Shown here: positions 1 to 13,000 of the stretch, piece by piece
Layout of the letters: each line of letters starts with the position of its first letter
Numbering within the stretch: position 1 is the first letter of the stretch
Origin: Leucoraja ocellata
Lineage: Eukaryota
Reading direction: 5' to 3'
NCBI GenBank assembly: GCA_036785375.1
Contig: JAWMAR010000175.1
Coordinates: 1,488,001 to 1,552,000, forward strand
Length of the DNA stretch: 64,000 nucleotides
Translations under genes and position numbers: made by a program
Notes under the pieces: generated by a model
What the model was told of the DNA's origin: nothing
Database searches by the model: none
The model's input: only the letters and a program-made list of their open reading frames with translations

Positions 1-2660
1 TTGCCCATAATGAACCAAAAATAAAATCTATTGGTTTTCTTAGCATGTGTTGCACAAACACGTCAAAACCATTTTGTGTAGCTTTGCACGAAATTCACAA
101 AATGCGAATTAAATTTACTGAAAAATCAATTGTCACGTGTATTTTATGATCAAGACAATTTCATAATTGACAGATTTCAGGATTGTGTTCATAACATAAT
201 ATCACAAAGACAGCAAAGTAGTTTACCACATTTTAATAATACCACAATATCTCACCACATGTAAAGGCAATCAAACTCGTATGTACCCAGTGATTCAACG
301 GTCAACGGAAATTAACCACAAAAAACTGGACTCTCAGATTTGATACATACCGGAATGCGAGTACAGTCGGTCATCTTCACATTTAATAAACACATCACCA
401 GCATTTTTCTAGAGAATGCAAAAAGGGAAACATTGTGAACTGCATTGAACACAGAATGAGCTGAATTATGCAAGACATTGATAATGCATATTGTAACACT
501 GGCAATGGCAACATTGGTTGAATAGTTCTGCACAGAATGCAAGGGCACACTCTGTACGAGTGCTGTCGAAAAGTAAAACGGTGCCACCCCATGGCTCTTC
601 CCCAGAATCATCTTTAAAGAAACTAACTTCCTACAAGTATAATGAATAGTTAACAGCTTCACTTTTAAAATATTAACCATTTAAAATAAGGTACAGTTAA
701 ATAATTCATTTTACTCCATGCTGCATCACTTTCAGAAAAGGAAACGCTAATTGGCTCGAGATTAACCAAGAACATTAATGATTTATGATTGCATGCAAGA
801 TATTAAGTTGCATGTCTGGAAGAAAATAAATGTGAGAATGCTTTTATCCCCTCTCATACACCTGAAGAACTAATAAAAGTCTTAAAAATACAAAGGGCCT
901 CACTCTGCAACATCTCATAATACGGGAAGTCAATATAGAATATGCTACAATTACATGTTAAGGTAACACAAAGTGCTGGAATAACTCGGTGGCTCAGGCA
1001 GCATCTCTGGAAAACATGGACAGGTGACGTTTTGAGTGTCTGAAGAAGGGTCCCCATCCAAAACGTCACTTGTTGTTCTCCAAAGATGCTTCCTGACCTG
1101 CTGAGTTACTCCATGATGTTGGGAATTTTGAAAATAAGGAAGTGAGTAGGTTATAATATGGTTACCCTAGAGCTCACATACTGGGAAAGCATGATGGGAA
1201 AAATGGCCAACATAGAATGTTCGCCTTTGCAGCAGATTAAAACATCCTGCTGAAAAGCAGGTTTCCTTACCTATTGGGGCAGGGTTAGTCCATCGCAGTT
1301 CTGTCTAGGCTCTTATCTGTTACAATTTTCAGATTATAGTGGCTCTTTGTCAGTGTGTAAGAAAGAACTGCAGATATTGGTTTAAATCGAAGGTGGACAG
1401 AAAATGCTGGAATAACTCAGCGGGACAGGAAGCATCTCTGGAGAGTAATGGGTGATGTTTCGGGTCGGGACCCTTCTTCAGACCCAAAATGTCGCCAATT
1501 CTTTCTCACCAGAGATGCTGCCTCACCATCTTTGTCACAGTGTTTAGCAGGCAAGTGTAACAAACAACCTCTTTATCAAGGGGACCCCATTTAACAAGTT
1601 GAATCAAATCTCCCTACTGGGACATTGGCAATTATGGGATTATTTGTTAGATATATGGGAGAGAGGTTTTCAAAACAACAAAGGTTAAAGTTATCTCTGG
1701 GGAAACACAAAGGTGGAAGGTTACAGAGACATTGATTAATGATGCTTTATTTCAACTCCACAAGTAACCATTGAGACATTAGGATATAAAAATTGTACAG
1801 TTACTATGGCGAATCTCCTTAGACCGTTTCCTGATGTGCCTTAAATAAACCAACTTTTGATGCTCTCACCACTGATCTATGAGCAGTTTTATTTTGTATG
1901 CGCCTACCTGAGGTACGGGTATAGTACAAAATCCTCTCCTACACTCCAGCAACATTGTCTTTTTTTTTAATAAAACCAGCAACTGCAGTGTCTTGTGTCT
2001 AAATGTAAAGATGCCTTCCCCATCAAAATACACTGCAAAGGCACACCCAGGCTATTCCAAAGTCATTATCTAAACCCAGCAGCTGTAGCAAGAAACATAG
2101 AAAATAGGTGCAGGAGTAGGCCATTCGACCCTTCGAGCCTGCACCTATTCAATATGATCATCCAACTCAGTATCCCAAGAAGAAAGGCATCAGGGGAATA
2201 CCACCACCTACAGGTTCCTCTTCCAAGCCTCAACTTGCAAAACGCATTGTGAGCCCCTCATTCATCACTATATCCAAATCTCAGACCTCCCCACAAACAC
2301 TACAGGAATACCTTCACCAGCAGAAATGCAGCAGCTCAACACCAGTTGGAGATGGGTAATAAGCACAGGCTTTGCCAGCACTTATTCTAAACAAATTATA
2401 ACTTTTCAATTTCTAAATGATTCGATTCAACTTTATTTATCCCAGGAGGAAAATTGATCTGCCAACAGTCATAAAACACAAAATACATGAAACATGAAAT
2501 TAAAGTGACGAGTGGAAAGGATTGGGGATGTGCAAAGATTGGGGGGGGGGGGGGGGGGGTTAGTCTACCCCATGACAGAAGGCGAGGAGTTGTGCAGTTT
2601 ATACGAAACCCAAAGATGCACATTTTTTAAATATATTACTTTGGCCATTACCTCACTAAC

Positions 2661-4069
2661 CTGCTTGCTTCTTGGTGAATAAAAACCACTATGTGTGTGA
2701 TGATAATCCTGTCGCTGCAACACGGTGTTGAGCATCAGCATTTCCGAATTACTTTGCTTTGAACTCGAGGAATCCGGTAAGGAACGGAATCTCTTCAGCG
2801 GCCATCGAGAAGTTTGCCTTGCCTGGTCGATACACGCAGCCCGCTTCCTGGATAACGGGGAAGGTGAGCATGTATCAGAGCTCACGGATGTTATTGTACG
2901 TCCAGGGGAAGCATGGACATTTAATCCATTGTGATGCCCCATTGTAGATGGAAGGCAGAACGAATTACGAACCAAGCTTTGATATACTGATTCAAATGAG
3001 TTGATACCTTTTCCTTTAGTTTTGAACAGGCTCTGTACAGAATGGAACTTGGCTGGGACAGAGGCAGAAATGGAATGCCTCCGTTTATTCCTCTCACTGT
3101 TATCCAATCGCAAGAGCATTCTGAATGGTGAACTGTTGCAAGTAGTCACTGGATCATTTGGCCGTGTAACTGCACTGCTGCTCAGCAGATTCTGTTCTGC
3201 ATGTCGCAGGCGATTAACAATGATTCTTGGGCTTAGCAATTCAATCATGTCCGATTTTGAGCTCAAAAACTTTAAGTTGGTGGAGTTAGTCACACGATGT
3301 AGTTGAGGCGAAGTTGACCCATTCAAAGGAGTTAAATTAAAAACTGAACTTGCAACGACTGCTGGAGTTTTGGGGCTGCAAGGGCTTACTGGCAGTGGCT
3401 GGAAGGAGGCCAAATCATTGTACAAGCTTCCAAATGTGAAGCACAGACCGTCAGATTTTGAATTAATTTGTGGCACAGTCCTTGAAGCCTCATCCGCAAT
3501 GAGAGTAAACTTCGTCTCCAGATTACACTGCAAGGGTGTGTTACTTTTTGGGGAAATTGCCTTGTTCTCCTTATCTCTACCTTGAGCAGGGTCCTTTACT
3601 TCTATAACAGAATGACACTTTAACCTCTTTAATTTCCGGGCATCCATCCAAACTTTGATCTTCATCCCATTTTGAATGGTGTTTCGCTTTGATTTACTTG
3701 CATTGACCTGGAGATGTCGATAATGTTTTATTAACCTTGATGCAGCCTTTGTTTTATAGGTACGATCAAGCAAGTCACTCATTGAAGCTACCATACTTGG
3801 ATAGATATCAATAAGTGTGGTATCACTCAAACCAGAAGAATCATCATGATTTTCCATTGGAGCTTGATTGACATAAAATGAGGTGGTTTCTTCCAAATTC
3901 ATCACTTCGCTCCTGCCATCTTTAAGCTTGTGCTGATAAACTTCAGTGCTGCTGGGTACACAAAGTGGCTGCACCATTTGGCTGGCGGCCATATTAAAAT
4001 TATCTTCGTTACTATAAGATTTTGAAGGGTGAGCTAATACTTGGGAAGTCGGAAAGTCACCACTGCAAT
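2661..4069 (-). CDS. HJURP: HJURP-like large exon (middle domain plus two F..(L/V)Y..L repeat-like motifs)
   Basis: About 1.4 kb of open frame (ORF 2565-3992); acceptor CTTCCAG at 4070; donor GTTAGT (alternative GTAATG, 9 nt further on); many SP motifs. Confidence 0.85.
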
Positions 4070-7000
4070 CTGGAAGCAGAGAATTTAACAGAGGACGTTA
4101 ACATTATAAATATTTGGTAAAGTGAAACAATAATTAAGCTAGGAATATAGACTTAATTGAAAAATCAAATAGAAACGATTTGATGAATAAACTTCAGATG
4201 AAACTTTATCCAAGTTCACCAAACGATTTGATAGTATTGTACTGAGCAGAATTCTACTCTTAATACATTGTGTAAAAACATGAGAAAAGCAAGCATATAT
4301 ACAGGTGAGAGTAATATGTTTCTTTTCACAGGGTGCAAGGTAGCCATGACAAATAGAGAATTCATCTTCCATGTCCGGGTGTACAATGTATCGAGGAAAC
4401 ACATGAAAATATTTAGGAGCCCTCAGAACTGAAATTAAGTTATAATGAGAAGATAGAAAAACATATGTAAAAGTTCCAAGTCCGTGCATGACCATTTGGT
4501 GACAGCTCAATTCATGATGAGTGCAACAGAACCAGTTGTAGAATACATTGTTTGTGCAGTGCACTAATTGATGGTAGATGCCATTCAGAGGTAATATTTA
4601 AAATAACCCGGTTAAGAGCACAGGACCAAATGAAACAGGATAAACACCTTATGGTGGGAAAGAGGGGATTCAATAGGCAGATGGTCATAAGACATAGGAG
4701 CAGAATTTAGCTTGTGGCCCACAGAGTCTGCTCCACCACCTGATCTTGCATGGTTGGGCAATGGTCAGATATGAAAAGGCAAAAACACACACACACACAC
4801 ACACACACACCCATTCCATCCACAAGGATTTCTGGATAATTCCACCTGAATGCTCTGCTTTAAATTAAGTGAATTTGAAGAGATAAAATGCAGTTACAAA
4901 CCAAAGGGTTTTGAAAGGCACGCACGAAATCTGTAATGTGGAATTTCACAGCTCATCTTTCCCCAGACTGATTGACGATACAAGAGACCCTGTGCTTTGG
5001 CCTGATACTCAATGGCATTAATAAAGCCATCCCATCACATGTTATGCAAGTTTAGGCCACTTCCTCTCCTTATAGCAGTTAAAATGAACCAACAAGGGAA
5101 AAACAGAATCACTGCCAAATCTATCAATTTGGAAGTATAGTGCAGTTAATGCCGCTGCCTCAGACCCAGCACCTGGGGTCAACCTTGTTGTTACTTGCTG
5201 TTTGTATGGAGTTTGTTATGCAGCCATGTGGACTTCAGCTGGGTTCTCCATTAATCTACACAAGTTACCACAAAGAGTATGTAATGGCAAAAATAATCAA
5301 AAGGGAAACCAATTAGCATGCCAGAGAGAATACTTTGCATGGATAAAGGGAAATAAGGAAGAACAGGATTCATTGCATTGCCCCCCCCATTTCAAGGTGG
5401 CATGGATGAGATGGGCAAGACTGCCACCTCCTGCATTTAACTGCAACATACATTTTCAACAGGAAGGAACAATCATCTGTGCACAATCAGAGGGGACATT
5501 CCCTTCCCCCTCCCCAGTCCTAAATAGCCCGGATAAAGTATCCAAAATGATCCTCCAAAAATTCTTGACTTGATTGAACCAACCTGCTTTATTTTCACTA
5601 GATCTCTTGTGAGAACGTATTTGTCAGCACACTTTCAGCACCTAACGATATTCCCTACACTGTATTTCAAATGTTGGTGTGCAAGATTTCCATTTACATA
5701 ACACCAAACCACAAGACACAAACCCAGGGCTGATCAACCTGCGGTGCGCCTGCCTCGACTGAGGGCGTCTTGTGATAAAAGGCCGAAACACCCAGTTGAG
5801 ATACACAACTGAAGATGTGTCTGATTGGTAGAAAAATCACCTAGTGGTCACCCCCAAGGTGTCAGTTGTGGTGAAGAACCTTAGGGATTGTAACATCCTG
5901 TCCTACTAATCAATATGAACATCTGGATCAAACCAGTGACCGCTGCGAAAGGGCAGCTGACAACCAGGGAAAGACCTAGTGACAGCCTGGAGAGACTGCT
6001 GACCGGAGGGAATAGACCCCACCTGGGCTGGCATGGGCCAGCTCCTCATGCTAGCAGGATCCATCGCTAATCAGCGTTTTGGATCCACCCTTATACTGCT
6101 ATGGAAGGAATCGACTAGGAATAAGGGAACTAGCACAGTAATTGACAGAGCAGCAGCCCTGGCAGGACATAAGCTGCATCTGTGGCTGGGAATGTGGTCA
6201 TCCCCAAGAATACCGGGTGTCAGTTGTGGTGAAGAACCTTAGGGATTGTAACATCCAGTCCCACTAATAAACAATCACGATCTTAATTAGCAAATTTATC
6301 TCAACTAAGGAAAAAATACAGCATTACACAACTTTGAATAAAGATTTAGGAATACCAAATCTGCTATAATCACAATTCTGCATCGCAGTGACACTTCCAG
6401 AATAACACATCCATACCATGATTAAGGTGCAATGATCGAATTTTTATCTTCAACGTGGGCGTAAACGTAATCAATGGATTGTCTTTATTCTTCCCCACAC
6501 ATTTCACCTTCAAAGATTTAATAATTGAAAGAATTTAATACTTAACAGATAGGGTAAAAATAATTTACATTACACAACATTCAGTGGATTACCAGTCCCC
6601 ACTTGCATATAGGCACAGCTTCAAAAACAGAAAGAGACAGCCATTTGGTCTAAAGTTCATCGCTGACCTTTCACCTTAACATAATTTTCCAATAATTAAC
6701 CCCATATCCCTCAATTTCTTTGATACCAATAAATGGAAACCTAGTCCCTTATTTTGAAATAGCAACCCCCAAATCCTAAATTCAATCAGTTAACATCAAT
6801 CCTGCTCTTATTGTTAGACCCCCCCCCTTATATTTTATCTCTCAAGACCTTTTCATACCATCCCTTCCACATATTGCGTTGTAATGAGTTATTTAAGATG
6901 CGTAAAACCAACTCGCAAGTCTCATCTCAAACATGCCTTTCTCACGAGTCCTAGTATAGTAGAGAGAATCGTACAGAATCAGTTATAGAGTTCATTTAGT

Positions 7001-10000
7001 TCTCAGAGAATAATCCAGTTACTTCCATTCCCTGACTCTTGCAACAAAAACCTCTTGTGATAAAGTATTCTTTAAGTGTTTACACAATTACAATTCAAAA
7101 GTAACCACGGAATGTTTCTTTCAACATGCATCACCAAAGATTTTCCTCGCGTCACTTCTGGTATGGGTGTTAATTACAAGTCTGTTATTTTTGGTTATCA
7201 GCTATTCATGAACAAATCTAAAAACCTTCTCATTTTTAATTACTATAAATCTCTTCCTGGTCTTTTTTTAAATCAGGACAAATCATAGTTTTTCCAGTTC
7301 ACTCGCGATTGTCACTCCTGGAACCATTCTAGTGCATTTTATCGATAGCCGTCTTAATCTGGGATTGATTATATGGTTGCACTGAAACACCAAAATATCA
7401 GGTATCATTTTACAATGTATCAAGGCTAGTGACACAATTGGTGGCAACAGAATGCAAAATTTACAATATCAAATAAATAAAAATCTGAAAGGTACATTTT
7501 TAAATAAAGGACAAGGGATACAATCTGCTTACTTTCAAAAAAAAAGGCTAGAGGCCAGTAGAATGGAATTGTCATTTTGGACAATTTATTAGAAAGTCAG
7601 ATGTATTTGTAAACTTCGATTAGTGATCCCTGCAACTGGTCTCAAAGATATTGGTGGGATTACGGTGCTGATAAAGATTGAAATGCTATAACACGACAGC
7701 AAGTCAAAGTGAATTAAGTCAGATTTACTCATAACATTCTGTAGATTTCTGTACATTACATTTTCCTCTTCACAAATCATACACTCGCCATTATTATCCA
7801 CGAACACACAAATACAACACCCACCACAATCTGCTTTCCAAGGTTGGAGTTGCTAGTAGCCAGCATGTCAGCATCCATCTCATATTTATCACCTACATTC
7901 ATCTCGCCCATGGAGACACTGCCTTGTAGCTAGGTTTAAAAAAAGAAAACACAGGACAATTGTGCCCTTAAAAATTTCACCTTGACCCAAAATACTTCCA
8001 CCACGCATGATCACAATAAGTCAATTAAGACAAATCTCAAAATTGACAGATACACCCAAAATCAAAAATAAAGAAAATACTGGCTGCAGTGAAGTATAAA
8101 GTGGTTTTGCATCCCAAATAAACATGAATATCTACTCAAATTAAGCTACAGCCGAGGTTAAGAGCCAAGACACTGTATTAGCACGATTGGGATTGAGATT
8201 ACAACACATACAAGGAGCATCATTTTACATATCATACATCTGGCATTAATTAAGTAGTAACATTTTATGTGCAAGGTGAAAATACTGTACCTCAGATGTA
8301 CTTTCACTGTACTCAAAATCAGAAGTATGATCCACTTGACCTATTGTTAAAAAGACCATTTTAATTATCTTTGAATGTGCAAAATGCAAGAGCCTTATCT
8401 GACATAATATATATCCTTACTACCAAGTTAGAGGGGAAAAAGGGGTAAAGATGGTCTTCAGGAAATATAGAAATTATTTCATTTCATTAAATCCGCAGTC
8501 AGTGTCAAGTCATGTTTACATATTTGCCAACCGGCTTGCCAAGCTTGCATACACCTTGTGCAAAGTTCCCTGACAAACAATTGCAGTGGCATTGATTTCT
8601 GGGGCTGTGACATGTGCAAATGGGTGCAGAACAATCATTTCCCAACAAAAATTACAAAAAAAAGCTAACAGAGACACAGCAACCTGTAAAAAGATTACAA
8701 ATGTTTAACACCCAATCTTGGAAGATGACTGGTACTTGTAGGACTTCTAGATCTAGAATTTGGAGAGCTTGGATGGGAACATACAAGGCAAGTGAGCACC
8801 GTCCCCAGGGACCTGTACGAAGGTTTCAGTTCAATATAATTGATTATGGATGAAAACAACACCCAAAATTACAGGTTAAACTAACTTACGTTTCAAAATG
8901 TTATGTGAGTGCATGGTATTTAAAAATGAACTGAAAGGCATAACTATGTTCAGCACAGATCAATGTTGGAAAGTACAACAAGATATCTGAGTAGATTGCA
9001 AATTGGAATAGTTTGATCAGTTTCAGGAGCAAAGAGAGAAGCTTGAAATCACAGTTGAGTGAAATTGATTCAGTGGCTTTCCGCAAATTACAATAGGGGT
9101 GGATTCTTGGAAAATACTTTAAGCAAACTTTTGAAAATTAAAAAGGCTGGAGTTTGGGAACTTTGTACAAGAGTAGGGATTAATGGGTCCCTTTCAGATT
9201 GGCAGGCAGGGACTAGTGGGATACCGCAAGGCTCGGTGCTGGGACCGCAGCTATTTACAATATACATCAATGATTTAGATGAAGGGATTCAAAGTAACAT
9301 TAGCAAATTTGCAGATGACACAAAGCTGCGTGGCAGTGTGAACTGTGAGGCGGTTGCTATGTGAATGCAAGGTGACTTGGACAGGTTGGGTGAGTGGGCA
9401 GATGCAGTTTAATGTGGATAAATGTGAGGTTATCCACTTTGGTAGCAAAAACAGGAAGGCAGATTACTATCTAAATGGTGTCAAGTTGGGAAAAGGGGAA
9501 GTACAACGGGATCTGGGGGGTCTTTGTTCATCAGCCAATGAAAGTAAGCATGCAGGTACAGCAGGCAGTGAAGAAAGCAAATGGCGTGTTGGCCTTTATA
9601 ACACGAGGAATTGAGTATAGGAGCAAAGACGTCCTTCTGCTTTAGGGCCATTGTATAGGGCCCTAGTGAGACCACACCTAGAGTATTGTGTGCAGTTTTG
9701 GTCCCCTAATTTGAGGAAGGACATTCTTGCTATTGATGGAGTGCAGCTTAGGTTTACAAGGTTAATTCCCAGGATGGCGGGTCTGTCATATGCTGAGAGA
9801 ATGGAGCGGCTGGGCTTGTATACTCTGGAGTTTAGAAGGATGAGAGGGGTTCTTATTGAAACATATAAGATTATTAAGGGTTTGGACACACTAGAGGCAG
9901 GAAACATGTTCCCGATGTTCAGGGAGTCCATAACCAGGGTTCACAATTTAAGAATAAGGGGTAAGCCATTTAGAACGGAGACAAGGAAACACTTTTTCTC

Positions 10001-13000
10001 ACAGAGAGTTGTGAGTCTGTGGAATTCTCTGCCTCAGAGGGCAGTGGAGGCCAGTTCTCTGGATACTTTCAAGAGAGAGCTAGATAAGGCTCTTAAAGAT
10101 GCAGAGTCAGGGGTTATGGGGAGAAGGCAGGAATGGGGTACTGATTGGGGATGATCAGCCATGATCACATTGAATGGCAGTGTTGGCTCGAAGGGCCGAA
10201 TGGCCTACTCCTGCACCTATTGTCTATTGTATCTAGTGTACAGAGAATAGCTTCGTAAATTGAAGATGTTGCAAAGGACCCATGGCATATCAAAAATTCA
10301 AGCTGAATGTTTGTTAATAGACAAATATCTGCATATTATTTATCATAAATCAAAATCTCTCAACTTTAAACACAGTTTAAGTCTTGTAAGAGTGCTGTTA
10401 TGATCTGTAGAACCAAAGAGGATAAAGGTCTAAAATTTCCTGATTTAAAATTGTCTGACAATAATGTTAGTGTTCAAGAGTTCAAGAGAGTTCTAGAGAG
10501 TTTATTGTCATGTGTCCCTGATAGGACAATGAAATTCTTGCTTTGCACAATATTCTTGCTAGGCACAAATACAAGTGTCTGTAATAAGGTAAAATATCTT
10601 GAGCATTTTGTTACATAACAAATGACAGATGATGAGGATATTTATAGGCAACGACGTATGCTGTATGTACAGGCGAATATTCTCTTGCGCAGGTTTGGTG
10701 CGTGTACAGATGTGGTGAAGATGTCACTGTTGTTTGTTTTGTTGTTTGTCTTTTGCACAAAAGTCCGCGAGCATTGCCACTTTCATTTCACTGCACATCT
10801 CGTATGTGTATGTGACAAATAAACTTGACTTGACTTGACTTGTTTAGTGCATATTGCACACCACTCTGTACTGCGCACTTGTGGTCTAGCTACAGAAAGA
10901 CACGTTTGCAGAGACTAAAGGTGGCCTATAATGACGCAATGAGAACACTAGGGAAACCTAGATGGTGTAGGGCTAGTAACACGTTTGTGGCTGCAGGAGT
11001 CAGTACTTTAGAAGCAATTAAGTAATCATATGAATAAATTCATTTGCAGGATAAATGACTCTAAAAATGTAATTATTGAGGCCTTGTCAAACATAAGGTT
11101 TAGTACTACATGCTACCAATCCCAGTTATGGAGACACTTGTATCGTTGTCTCGATGTAGGACATTGACAATTCTTTTTTATTCTGTATTTTAATTCATCT
11201 ATTGTGGGTTTTTTTAAATATATAATTTATGATGCTTTTATAAGTGATGTACTAAGATTTTATATGTATTTTATGTTTTTAATATGCAATATATTTGTAT
11301 GTAATGTTGTGCCTTGTCTGGATCTTGGGTACGAAATAAAGTCCATTAATCAATCAATTAATTAATTAAACAGTTGATTTTGTTTTACCTGATAGATTGG
11401 TGCTATCATCAATTTCATACAGTTTGTCAGATTGTGTCCGGTTGACAGCCGTTTCACACAGTGTATCTGACTGTTCCAGGCTTACATCTGCTTCATGCTG
11501 TTCACTAGACTGAAACATTAATGACAAGAATTAATCTTCATTGGCTTTTCACTGGTTCAGTCTACCAACTTTAAACATTTTAAATTCCACTGTTTCTGCA
11601 AACACACAGTTAAAATGCTCTTAAAAATGCAATTGGATTTAGACAAGTTATTGCATCGAAAGTTACGGCTCATTATCTTATGTGTACCTTTTCCTTGGAG
11701 TTATTATGGCTTTGTTTTCTCAGGAGGTAAATGTCACGAGTACACCATCTCGTCCGACCTAAAAGAGTCAAGAGTGCTTTATTGCTATATGGCCCATATA
11801 GAACAATGAAATTCTTATTTGCAGCAGCACAGCAGAATATGTAAACATAGTACACTGTAAACAAAAAACAAAAAAACAAGTTTAGTGCGTGCATATACGC
11901 ACACATACACACAGGTAGACACAAAATGCTGGAGTAACTCAGCAGGGAAGGCAGCATCTCTGGAGAAGGAATGGGTGATGTTTCGGGTGGGGACCCTTCT
12001 TCAGACCTAAAACGTCACCCATTCCTTCTTTCCAGAGATACTGCCTGTCCCGCTGAGTTACTCCAGCATTTTGTGTCTACCTTTGGTTTAAACCAGCATC
12101 TGCAGTTTTTTCCTACACACACAAATACACATATATTGATCATATGTATATATACACACACACAAGCACACATACACACAAAAAACTAATAGACTATTAT
12201 TGTTATTATTGCACTATGTAGTTCAGAGCTTATTTGAGGCTGTAGTGTCTAATAACCGAATGGCTGTAGGGAATAAGCTGTTCCTGAACGTTAGTTTTCA
12301 GGCTCCTGTACCTTCTTCCCGAAGGTATGGGTGAAATGAGTGTGTGGCCAGGGTGGTGTGGGTCTGATGATGCTGGCAGACTTTGAGGCAGCAACTCCGG
12401 TAAATTCCTTTGATGGTGGGGAGGTCCGAGCTGGTGATGGACTGGGCAGTGGTCACAATTTTTGCAATCTTCTTCGTTCCAGGGCAGTCAAGTTGCCGAA
12501 CCAGGTTGTGATGCAACCAGTCAATATGTTCTATTGTGCATCTGTAGAAGTTCAAGAGAATCCTCTCTGACATACCAAATATGCATAATCTTCACAGAAG
12601 TAGAGGCATGATGTCACTTTTTGTTCATGAAAATACAAGCAAAACTGTTGGCAACATGAACTTTGTTATGTTGCCAATTTACAGGGTAAACTCAACACAT
12701 TGTGCCTTAGTATACATGGTTTTCACCATATGGCTGGCATTATTAAGTCTCCCTAGATGGAATCTAACAATAATTTTACAGAAACTGTAGGTGCAAAATG
12801 TATTCCAAGATACCCACGTTTATCAAAGTTGAACAACATATTCTCAATGTAGTTATATTTGTTGCAATTAAACATACAATTTTAATTTCAGATTTTCAAA
12901 TGTTCATGCAATCCTTATGCAAAAGTAAAAGGTCACATGTGTAGGAAGGAACTGCAGATGCTGATTTTACACATTCCATTCTTCAGACCACATACTCTTC

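Noticed and set aside
1271-1938. Candidate terminal HJURP exons 1908-1938 and 1271-1316
   Set aside because: They are phase-compatible (ERILYYTRTS/DKSLDRTAMD*), but the first acceptor is weak and repeat-derived and I see no homology support.
2565-3992. 475-aa ORF as a standalone single-exon gene
   Set aside because: The frame is open upstream to an acceptor at 4070, donors lie at ~2660 and ~2651, and the ORF tail runs into repeat sequence. It is an internal exon.
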